Made by a program: the position numbers and the translations under genes. Of a stretch of DNA of 64,000 bases, positions 12,456 through 23,837 are shown one piece after another. The first letter of the stretch is position 1; every line of letters starts with the position of its first letter. The stretch is from Octopus sinensis (lineage: Eukaryota), in contig NC_043013.1 of the NCBI RefSeq assembly GCF_006345805.1, forward strand, positions 46,748,001-46,812,000, read 5' to 3'. Below the pieces are notes generated by a model. The model searched no databases, was not told where the DNA came from, and saw nothing but the letters and a program-made list of their open reading frames with translations.

Positions 12456-13640
12456 TCGAAGCAGGTTGTAGGAGCCTGTTTCTGAAGAACCCCCTATCAA
12501 AATTTATGGGTGATATTACCATCACAACGACACTGGACCGAGGATGTAAGTATATCCAACAAGGATGTAAGTATATCATCATCTGGAAAAGATTTTCTAA
12601 CTAGAAACGGTATGGCCTGGTCAGCCTGTAATGATATGCATAAGATCTGGTTATCAAATCTAAGTAGAGACTTCAAACTTAAAATCTTCAAAGCCACAGT
12701 CGAACTAATTCTACTATATGGCTCAGAAACCTGGACGTTATCAAAGAAGCTTGAGAGTCGGTTGGATGGAACCTACACTCGCCTCCTTACGAGAGCTCAA
12801 AATCTCTCGTGGAAGCGTCATCCAACCAAAATGCAAATATATGGGAAACTACCACCTGTGTCATCTCTTGTGAACGGTAGAAGAGTCCAGTTTGCTGGAC
12901 ATTGTCGTAGAGCTGAAAATGGGGTAATTTCTACTCTTCTCTGGAAGCCATCTGCTTGTGATACCAGGGGGTGCACACTCTCCAACCCTAATGTAATCTT
13001 CAGGGATACAGGCATCCTGCAACAGGACCTCCGTAATGCTATGATGGACCCTGAAGTCTGGCGTAGCATGGTAAATTCCATTGTCTCGACCAAGGTCGAA
13101 CAATGATGATGATATCCAACAAGTTCTTGAGGAATTTATTAGCTGGGTAGGGATGAGTTTTAAGCATGGCAAGCCAAGGTCCATTGTTCTGTAGAACGAG
13201 AAGGAGACTGACAAGTTCCATGTTCTCATTATCAAGTACTCCAGCCTATCAATAATAGATCAACCAGAAAAGAGAAAGGGAAATTTCTTTAAATCGAGTT
13301 CAAAAGAATTTGTTGCTATTCAAGAATTCAGAAAAGACCTTGAAGGCTGGTTTATCAAGGACGACCAAGTAGGATCACAAAATCTTAAGTTCGTCAACAT
13401 TTATTTTATCCTCCCCCCAGATGTTTATGACCCCTGCTTTTTACACGATTCCACTGACAATAGTCGAGATCCTCGAAATAAAAATCAGTGACTCTTTATA
13501 CAAGTGTCTGGTGTTTTCTTGCAGCCTCAGAAATGCAGCACTGTATGGGACAAGTAGCATCGTATAGATCACATCCTTTGGTTTCCCCGAAGAATTTCAG
13601 GCAACACAAATGTGGTTTCCACAGCAGAGGGACTCTAGGT
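12456..13640 (+). mobile_element. Hero-clade (restriction-like-endonuclease non-LTR) retrotransposon RT fragment, interrupted by an RTE insertion
   Basis: Removing 12564-13123 restores KFMGDITITTTLDRGCKYIQQVLEEFISWVGMSFKHGKPRSIVL (cf. Hero FMDDLTVTT..WARMSFKPAKSRSLVL); downstream DKFH, AALYGTS and QRDSR motifs. Confidence 0.75.
12564..13111 (+). mobile_element. RTE-clade LINE 3' end, 5' truncated, with 12-bp TSD
   Basis: ORF ..KLKIFKATVELILLYGSETWTLSKKLESRLDGTYTRLL..RRVQFAGHCRR..; (TGA)n tail; TSD ATATCCAACAAG at 12552-12563 and 13112-13123. Confidence 0.9.
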
Positions 13641-13649
13641 ACTAGATGG

Positions 13650-14790
13650 TATCATGTGTAAACAGGGTGGTAATTGAAGGCTGAGAAATGAGTGCACGTG
13701 ATAGAGTCATCTGTAAGGCAAAACGAACTGGTGGGCAACAGGATACTTGGTTGAGTGAGATTGAGGCAATTCATAGAGCAAACTAGATTGGTAAGGACTA
13801 GAGAGAAATATTGTCTTATCCAGGAAAAGACCCGGGCAATCGTATTGGGTGAGAGAGCGAGCAGATCTATGTGACTAAAATTGCTGGGAACATGGACAGG
13901 GTGAGAGAGTGTGAGACAATACAAGATTATTTGCTTAAACAACATACTGGCTGAATTCCATCATGCCCGTTTTGTTTCCGTATAGGGTTTTTACAATGGA
14001 AGTTAGCCTAACTAACCATCATACCTGGGGTGAAAAGGAGACATCATTCTGCACACTGCTCTGAAAGAGGATTTTTAGAACATTTTCCTAGCAACTGCTT
14101 AAAATTCCTTGGAGAAAGACGCTATTACTGCTACCATGACCAGGTGATCAAGTTAGTTACTGCGAGTTAGCCACTGCCATCAGGGGAGGTAAATAGTGTC
14201 ACGCTTCCCCAAAAGGCGATTAGGATTGTGAAATAGGGAGAGAAACACTATCCATAACCAAAATCATGGGTAAACTCCATTTTCACAGCTTTTGACTGGT
14301 AGCTGTATATCGACCTCGGTACACAGCTCAACACTCCCAGCACAGAGTATCAACATTGCTCCGGAAAGACATGACCATCCTCTTAAGCCAACAACACCAC
14401 TGATCATACTGCAAGTTGCAATACCCTGGGATCTTTTTACAAGCGCTAACGAAAAGTAAAAGCAATTGGTAGAGAATTGCCATTGCAAATGGTTGAAAGT
14501 ATACTTTGAACCAATAGAGATTTTGTCAGTTACTTACTCCGCTAAGGTCTCGATAGTTTGGGTTTCAAGGAAATGGAAAAGAAAGCAATTCATTCTAGAC
14601 AAGAAAATGTAAGGAAAACCACCAAATGGCTTTGGATTAAGAGAGCGTGTCCAATGACTGTTTTGATAGAACACAAGTCTGAGACTGATCAAATCAACCT
14701 GGGTTAATTGGGTGAGGATATCTACAGTTGAAAGGTCACAAATACCAGATGAGTCTAGGGCAGATCACTGATGAAGCATTCAGCTCATCA
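13650..14790 (-). mobile_element. Highly degraded LINE, APE-endonuclease region
   Basis: Minus-strand HVPSNFSHIDLLALS (APE T..HID-like) and HYLPP motifs with many stops; element boundaries uncertain. Confidence 0.4.
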
Positions 14791-15385
14791 GGAATATGTA
14801 AATATAAAATGACGATGGAGATGATACATAAATATATACATACATGGTGGCTGCCCCCTCGTTATCGAGTATGGCTATTGTACGAAGCTTAATCAATGTT
14901 GTTATCATCCAATGCCTGTGCAAGAAGATTTTTTTTAAAGTGAGGAAAGGCTGTGCACTGAGTCAATCCCACTCACTAAGCAACAGCAGCCATAATCCGA
15001 AAAGAAGAACAAGTCAACATCATCGGTAACCACTGAGCCGCAGGTTTTATGTCGGAGTTATCCCAGTTACCTGAGTTACCTTTTCCTAGAAGGATGCCCT
15101 AACAAAGGCTAGGAGTCCTTCACTCCCAATGGTTTAACCGCGCGATCGGGTATTCAGTCCGATTATTTCTATGTCCCGCGCATGATACAGCCTTAAGACA
15201 TTTATTGGATGGCCGTTGACTCTCAAGAGTTCCTCCGCCCTATACATACATACATACATACATACATACATACATACATACATACATACATACATGCATG
15301 CATGCATACATACATACATACATACATACATACATACATACATACATACATACATACATACATTCATACATACATGCATGCATAC

Positions 15386-15705
15386 ATGGACAACTGCTTC
15401 GAATCCTCCAGCTTCTCTATTCAGACTATGAATTCATATTCATACCAATAATGATTGGAGCACTAGGTTTTGTTAGTAAATGCTTAAAAGGATTAAACTA
15501 AGATTTTTAGGTAGAGAAATCGACCGGCTAATTCGTACATTACAAGTGCGATCTGTGAGTGGAACAGTAAAAATATGCAAGACTTTTTCTCAAATTCCAA
15601 ATGTGAATTTGTCTGTGTTAACTACATCTCAAAGATGGAACCTTGTCTCTTTGTTGAAAATCAGCTCCCTCTTCAGTGGAAGATTTATAATAATTGAAAA
15701 ATTGA
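15386..15705 (+). mobile_element. R4/Dong-clade non-LTR retrotransposon 3' fragment
   Basis: About 85-90% similar by eye to 41700-42025 (GQLLR..YEFIFIPIMIGALG..VSGTVKICKTF plus the 3' UTR); begins directly after (TACA)n. Confidence 0.8.
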
Positions 15706-15887
15706 ACACACACCCACACACATATATCGTAGCCGCTAGCATTTACTTACAACAGTGTTTGTGTATTATGGATGCATAGAGGTACAATATGACGTAGTTA
15801 GTCAGCATCGAAATTCGAAGTCAGTCTACTTTACCCTTGTATGTATGTATGGAGCACCGCCTATATATGTATGTATGCTGGAACACC

Positions 15888-15928
<41 letters not shown>

Positions 15929-15984
15929 TATATATATACATATATATATAGGTGGTCTCCAGCATGGCCGCAAAGCTTACTTCC

Positions 15985-16017
15985 CATTTGGTACACAGAA
16001 ACTGAAAGAAGCCCATC

Positions 16018-16070
<53 letters not shown>

Positions 16071-16320
16071 TTATTTATTTATTTATTCATTTATACATGT
16101 GTGTCTTTGTATATGTGTTTGTTCCCCACCCACCATGGTTTGGCAACTGAAGCTGGTGTGTTTACGTCTCCTTAACATAGCGGTTCGTCAAGAGTAAACG
16201 ATAGAATAAGTTTTGGGCTTACATATAATAAGTCCTGGGGGCGATTTCTTCGACGGAAAAATCTTTTAAGGCGGTGCTCCATCATGGCCGCAATCAAATG
16301 ACTGAAACAAATAAAAGAAT
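15985..16320 (+). mobile_element. SINE family A, 5' truncated
   Basis: GAAACTGAAAGAAGCCC-(TA)n-...GGCGGTGCTCCATCATGGCCGCAATCAAATGACTGAAACAA. Confidence 0.75.
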
Positions 16321-16349
16321 ACTGCACACACACAGACACACACACACAG

Positions 16350-16387
<38 letters not shown>

Positions 16388-16707
16388 CATATATGTATAG
16401 AGAGAAATAGAGAGATAGAGAGAGAAAGAGAGATGAGATTTTGTGTATATATATATAGTATATACTATATAGATAGATAGACAGAGGGATAGACAGACAG
16501 AGACACAAACACGCACACACATATATATACATACACGCACATACAAATACACAAACATACATATACGTGTGTATAAATTTATCTATACACACACTTATGT
16601 ATATATATATGTATACATATGCATGTATATAAATATATATATGCACACTTACACACATATACATATATATGTCTCTCTCTCTCTATATATAATATATATA
16701 TACATAT

Positions 16708-16738
<31 letters not shown>

Positions 16739-17521
16739 CATACATACATACATACATACATTCATACATACATACATACATACATACATTCATACATACA
16801 TACATACATACATGCATACATACATATATACATACATATATACATACATACATACATTCATACATACATACATACATACATACATACATACATACATACA
16901 TACATGCATACATATGTATGCGTGTGTGAGTGAGGCCACCAGTTGTGTTTCTTATCGTAATCTGTGCTGATGGAATAGATGTGTTAGCCTTTAATCTATG
17001 TAACAGTTCGATGCGGTTACGGCATGACCGTCACGGCCGGAGTTCTAAAGAAGCAAAAGCAAAACAAATCGATTACAGAGGAGTTAATATAGTCTGAAAT
17101 TGTTCCAAACAAAGATTGAAATAGAAATATGTGTAGGCCTCGGCGTTGGCTGCAGCAGCGAGGTTCATGGAGAGCGAATACACGACAAAAGAAAAGGTGA
17201 ATTGCAGCTGGAAGGGTCAACGTTTAAGTGCTTGCTACTCTGCGTTGGCAGTAGTGTCGACTTAGGTAGCTGGCCAGGAGATCGATACGTGTAACCATAG
17301 AGAAGATAAGGTTTCCAAGTAAAGCAAGCAGGAAGAGGAGGTTGGTGAGAGTGGGGGGAGGAAAGAAAGATAACAGAGAGAGATGGAGCGATGGGGGAGA
17401 GACGTTAATCTTCAAACGTAATCCGTTGAGTAGACGTTTGAAGAATTGTAAGATTTCTCGGTGACTGATTTGGCGTGCAATCCACACAGAAGCAAACCCA
17501 CGCTCGCATACACTCACACAC

Positions 17522-17566
<45 letters not shown>

Positions 17567-18107
17567 TAAACATACACACACACACACTCTTAATCACACA
17601 CAGGCATATATATATGCACGCTTGTACATTGTAAGATATACTCCTCAGTCGTTTTGTAATAAAGATTTCGGTCTGCCTGGCATCAACTGTTTCCTCTACA
17701 GATTTACACGAGTCTTCATAGAATGGCTACAGAGAAATTTCTCGAGTTTCGAATATCAAAGATGAAGACAGAGGCTAGGCGAGATATTAAAAAAAACAAA
17801 CACAAAATCATTGCTAAATTAATAATCATGATTTATGGCACCACTCACCTATATTTGGTTGGCTTGTTAACATCGTTTGATTTTTCTGTAATCTTTGGTT
17901 GGAGTCAAATTTCCACGCCGGGTCTACAAGCTTGGTTCTTGGGAATGTCAGGAAAGGCATAAACCCATAAACATAAGCATTTATCCACATAACTCCGCTA
18001 CATACATAAACACGTAAATATATACATACATACACGCACAAGCACACACTCAAACACACACACACACATATATATATGGAGAGAGAGAGAGAGACAAAGA
18101 CATATAT

Positions 18108-18144
<37 letters not shown>

Positions 18145-18160
18145 CATATGTATCTCTCTG

Positions 18161-18231
<71 letters not shown>

Positions 18232-19074
18232 GCATTAATATATAAACAATATATATATAAATATATATACACATACATAAATATATAAACATATATATAA
18301 ATATATATGTAAATATATATGCGTGTGTGAGTATATATATATGTGTATGCATATGTGTGTATGTGTATGTATATTTGTGTATATGTATATACATGTATAT
18401 ACACTCCCATACATACACATGCAAAAGCAACTAAACACATATTTCCATCACCTCTCTCCCTCTCTCTCTTTCTCTTTCTCACTTATTTCTTTCCACTATT
18501 TTTCATTACCCCACCCTCACAACTGTGTGTCCCCTGTATTCTCTGCCCCACTTCGTTTTCAGCTTTCTCTGCATCCACTCTAGCGACGATTCTGTTCTAC
18601 CGTTTAGCTCACCTAACGAACATTACTTGTTTAAAGATTATGTCCAAGCATTCTTCTGCGTTGTACATGTTACCTTGTACTATTCTATTATTTCGTCTCG
18701 TTAATTCATCCTTACATTTGCGTTCACCATCAACAGACACACGTTTTGTTTTTTTTTTTTTCTCCACTTACTCTTGTCAATAGTCTCAAGCATACTTTTT
18801 TCTTCACTCCTTGCTTTTCTCTCATCCCAATCGCAAAGCACCCACTTTTAGTTTCACTTGCTTTTCTATCTCGTTTCCATTAATTACCCAACAGACATAT
18901 CCAATGTCTTTTTAACGCCACTAACGTATCAAATCTATCCAAACCCGTTGGAACTGCAAGGTTTCCGAAACACAAAGCCGATGTAGGCTAAATTTTTTGT
19001 TTGTTCCATTCTTATCTGGTTTCACGTGTTTTAACCACTTGTTCCTGTTCCTTATATATATTTGTTTTGCAAGT

Positions 19075-19212
19075 TTTTTAATGTGAAATCATGTGTTGGA
19101 ACAGATATTGTTGTATTTAAGAATGGTCATTTTGCCAGTTTAGCCAATAATATAGTGCGTGTGTTTTTATTGGCTAAACTGGCTAAATGACCATTCCTAA
19201 ATACAACAATAT
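19075..19212. repeat. Family H repeat folded back into a 46-bp-arm palindrome
   Basis: Arms 19105-19150 and 19167-19212 with 2 mismatches; monomer of the same repeat at 53990-54080. Confidence 0.8.
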
Positions 19213-19224
19213 ATATATATATAT

Positions 19225-19272
<48 letters not shown>

Positions 19273-19301
19273 ATGTATGTATCTATCTATCTATATCTCT
19301 G

Positions 19302-19336
<35 letters not shown>

Positions 19337-19469
19337 ACCGGAGTAAACACATATGTGAAACAAGGTGGAAAAAAGAGTACTCAAATACCAGTGGTAGAGT
19401 AATATGCTTTATCTCAGCAGAAAATGTACTCAGATATATTTTGTTGAATTTTCTGCTGCTTTAAATAAA

Positions 19470-19504
<35 letters not shown>

Positions 19505-20147
19505 CAAAATGGACAAGCACGCAAACCATCCAGACAGTTGGGTGATACAAAAAAGTGACAACAAAACATCCAGATAGACGATACAAAGAAAAACAAGGAC
19601 ACACAGAACTAGATACACATTTTTTTCTCTTTCGACACTACATTATTATTTTTGTCATTTCTTTTTCCTCAAACCAGAATTATTTTTCTTTTCTCATTCA
19701 GACTTTTTCTTGTTCCACACAGAATTATATATATATATATATATATACAAATTGCCGCAGGTAGTACCAGTCTACATTGTTTACCGTAAGCGCTATTAAC
19801 ATATAGCAACCGGACTAAAATCCTCCGAAAGAACTTATTATTATTATTATTATCATTATTATTATTTTTATTATTATTTGCTCCGCACACAGTTATAAAT
19901 ATTTTTCCTTCAAAAATACCAGTCTACGTTGTTTAACGGTAGAGCTATTAACACATAGCTTCCTGACTTAAATCCTTTGAATGGACTTATATTATATTTC
20001 CCTGTGTGTAGTTCAGTTCTGTTTTAGAGTTCCAGTTTTATCAGACATTTTTTCATCAGTATCTTTTTTTAAAATATATTTTTCACTGTGTGTAGTTCAA
20101 ATCCCACCTCGGAATTTTTAACATGTTTTCCACTGCGTGGCCTCCGA

Positions 20148-20313
20148 ATCTTCGTCGCCATTGATATGTCCCGCATTATGACGACGCAACTTCGTCGTCT
20201 GCATGACTAGCCCGAACAGCGTACCTCACTGACTGACCCTACTTACTGACTGTATCCACTATTTATTAGTAGTGGACCAGCCCACTTCTCACCCGGGGGC
20301 GTCTGCCACAACA
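20148..20313 (-). mobile_element. Gypsy-like LTR (~152 bp, TG...CA) plus tRNA-Ser primer-binding site
   Basis: Minus strand: TGTTGTGGCAG...AATAAA...CATATCA, 1-nt spacer, then TGGCGACGAAGAT (12/13 match to TGGCGACGAGGAT, the complement of the tRNA-Ser(GCU) 3' end). Confidence 0.55.
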
Positions 20314-21579
20314 GTATACATACACATGCTTGTGTATGTATTTTAGTCTTCATATATACTCATATCTATAATTTATTTTGTAGGCTATATGTTTCAATAA
20401 TATACAAATCAGCCTCTTGTGAAAAAAGAAGTGGTTACACCATAGTTTGTATTTCTCCAGGGGCAGAAACAATGAGGATCGAACTCTCAAGATTCTCATT
20501 TTGTGATACCTCCATTCGATTAATGATACTCAATATTCGCGGAGAAATTATGATATTATAGCTATTTATAGTACATATAAATTCGAACGGAGCGAAACTA
20601 TTTTGTCTACTTCATATTATCCTGAAGGCGCCAACAATGTGGCTAAATTAATTAATTAATTCTACCACGCACATCAGTTTTTAATAATCTAGAATGTAAA
20701 GCATAAAAGATGCTATGTAGTGCACTATTAATTAACTAATTTATTTATGTATTCACATTGTTACTTCATGTAGTGTTGCGTAAATTAGACCAGTTTAGCT
20801 ATCTTTCCGTTTAATCTCTTGGAAAGAAAGCGAATATTCTGTTCCTGATTTGAGTCTAACAAGATTTAAAAGGAGATCATGGCTTTTCTCTGCTCTCTGA
20901 GTAATAAAATCTGCAGCTCTGTTAAATATAGCTGTTTTTCTTGCTTGCTCAATGCGACATCCACTGATTCATTTTCTATGGATTATAGGTGATTGAAGGG
21001 ACAATTGCTATCGAAAGCGGCAAAACATAGTATTGGAACTGGGTTTGCCGCTATGGATTGTTACCTAATGGATTGATTAATTCAAAAACTGGTGAACAAG
21101 TGTCACGGATCAAAATGGCCGCGTGATCAACTTGAAACGATATTCCACTTAGTCTTGGTAATTTCTATAAGATTATTCATTATTATCTTGGTGCCTGTCT
21201 CAATGGTTTGCCACCACTATGTGGAAAAAGTGTGGAGTGATACAAAAACAAGTCACGGTATCAGGGATTTCGCTGGCGATAAGTTGCTGAGCGAGGGATT
21301 GGATAAAATGAATATACATGCCATACTTGCCCACTCCTCTTTTTGCTGACGTTCATCCCATGACAGCAGATTAGAAATATTCCCAGCTACGTTGGGCAAG
21401 AAGTGCGGCGGTGCCGAGAAAAGACACAAACAATGGGTGCATCATCGACAATTTCCGCTTCTCAGTTCTTCTGAACACAAGGATTTCATCTAATATTAGT
21501 TCCCATTAGCATATGAGATTGTGCGCGTCAGTGTGTGCTACAAAAAGAGAGAAAAAGAGAATGAGACAGAGAGAGAGAA

Positions 21580-21623
<44 letters not shown>

Positions 21624-22422
21624 TCGTCCTCGCTAAGGAAGCTAGTCTGTCAAATCCATGCTATGCTGCATGAAGTTATCTAAGTGGATATCAGTAATTG
21701 CTGACCGATGGGAAGTGATTTAGGTTTCCGAAGAACTTCATACTATTACAAAATTTGTAACTCTACAATTCTTCAGTTCAAACCACAGAAACTTGGAAAT
21801 CGCTGTGTGCTGGGGGTCTGTATATGCGTTTGGACATTTTAAATATGACAAACCGAGATCATAAATTACATAGGTCACTCGCAAATATACAAAGTAGCGG
21901 AAAAAAATATTGAATATTTTAGGGTATTAATTTTTAACTCTCACAGTTCTTGGTTTCAGGTTGATATCAGTTATCAATAAAGCAAATAACAGTAATACAG
22001 AGTTCAAATGTCATACACTTTCTTTACAATATGCATTTAATATATTCACTATTAGAGTCTGGTTTCTTATTATGCAAGCCATGTTCCTCACTAACTGTAA
22101 CACGTCCCAATAAACAGACCAAATTTACTTCACTTTTACATCTTGCCATTTTAGGGATGCCTTAGCCTAGGTTTGATTCAGCAATCCTAATACAATGTGT
22201 CAAAAAATTAATTTTTTTTGTCTTTGGTCTGTGAGTGTTATTTCCTATTTGCTTCTCTCTAAAAATCAAAGGAAATTACTACTATTCCATTCAAACTTTG
22301 CTTTTGTCACCTGAACATCAATTTTTTCTGAACTGACCTATTTTCCATTACATTTCAGACAAAGTAGGAGCTCAGCTACTGAAGCAGAAATATTGTTATA
22401 GCATATATTCTGCTCAATACCT

Positions 22423-22640
22423 ATTTCTTTATTACCCACAAGGGGCTAAACACAGAGGGGAAAAACAAGGACAGACAAACGGATTAAGTCGATTACATTG
22501 ACCCCAGTGCGTAACTGGTACTTAATTTATCGACCCCGAAAAGATGAAAGGCAAAGTCGACCTCGGCGGAATTTGAACTCAGAACGTAACGGTAGACGAG
22601 ATACGGCTAGGCATTTTGCCCAGCGTACTAACGTTTCTGC
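22423..22640 (-). mobile_element. SINE family B, long-tail (B1) subtype, with 13-bp TSD
   Basis: TSD CTGCTCAATACCT at ~22410-22422 and ~22641-22653; tail ...agccccttgtgggtaataaagaaata. Confidence 0.9.
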
Positions 22641-23450
22641 CTGCTCAATACCTCAGAATTACTTGTCAGTTGCTTGTCCTTAACTAATTGAGCGTACCTC
22701 TTTGTGGCTGACAATATGTGCATCTCTGATCAAGAGCAGGAGTAGTCGGGGAAGCATCACAGCCATGTGCTGAGAGGGATTCTTTGGGGTTTGAATAAAT
22801 GTAAGAACAGCAAAGCTTGAATGAAACATTTGCCATTTTTTATACTTTCTAGGGGTAAGCACATAGGAAATAACAGTTGCTACCCAAGGATAAAAACCGT
22901 GTTACCCGGTGTTATCAAAAAGCTTACGAGTCATGTTTATTCGCCGGCTTTTCAGATACGTGATTCATAGGACTACACTATCAAAGGTTTCCTGCCTTTC
23001 TTAAGCCGCAATCATTATAACTTGCTGGAGATATACCTGTCATTTTTAGCGACCCCATAAAGGTTGCTTCGTCAGCTTTTACCAACTTTTTCTAAGCTTA
23101 ATGTATCTAGGTCTGCATTAACCAAGATGTCCACTTTTTTACGGCGATACAATATAATGTGATGGAGAATTGTCTGGTTGTTTCTCGAAGATCTAGCGAT
23201 CACGTAAATGTCACTTCCCCTTGTTGGACCATAGATGTAGTTTTATTTAACTAGCTTCAGTAACATATTGTTGTGTGCATCGAAAGTAAGCAAAAAATAT
23301 ATAAATATATGAAATATAGAAAAGAGTAAAAACAAAATTGACGTTCTAGATCTTATACTTTTTACCAGTGAAACACTTGAATAAAACGACCTATACCTCT
23401 ATTCTCCTATCTAAACACATTATCATACAAACATACAATTATTGATATAT

Positions 23451-23837
23451 GTGGAGGCGCAATGGCCCAGTGGTTAGGGCAGCGGACTCGCGGTCATAAG
23501 ATCGCAGTTTCGATTCCCAGACCGGGCGTTGTGAGTGTTTATTGAGCGAAAACGCCTAAAGCTCCACGACGCTCCGGCAGGGGATGGTGGTGATCCCTGC
23601 TGTCCTCTTTCACCACAACTTTCTCTCACTCTTACTTCCTGTTTCTGTTGTACCTGTATTTCAAAGGGCCGGCCTTGTCACTCTCTGTGTCACGCTGAGT
23701 ATCCCCCGAGAACTACGTTAAGGGTACACGTGTCTGTGGAATGCTCAGCCACTTACACGTTAATTTCACGAGCAGGCTGTTCCGTTGATTCGGATCAACC
23801 GGAACCCTCATCGTCGTAACCGACGGAGTGCTTCCAC
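23451..23837 (+). mobile_element. tRNA-Arg-derived SINE family C (OR-like), full length, 11-bp TSD
   Basis: GTGGAGGCGCAATGGCCCAGTGGTTAGGGCAGCGGACTCGCGG..GTTTCGATTCCC head (TCG anticodon loop); TSD TATTGATATAT at 23440-23450 and 23838-23848. Confidence 0.9.

Noticed and set aside
14768-14791. CTGATGA on both strands in a small hairpin
   Set aside because: No GAAA or stems I/III, so not a hammerhead
20770-21480. Protein-like short frames on the minus strand (ENESVDVALSKQEKQLYLTELQ..., CRIEQARKTAIFNRAADF...)
   Set aside because: Fragmentary, with stops, no recognisable family and no consistent splice phases
23451-23525. tRNA-Arg(TCG)-like gene (also 62790-62865 and the family A/B heads)
   Set aside because: Continues into a SINE body with TSDs, and the acceptor stem does not close
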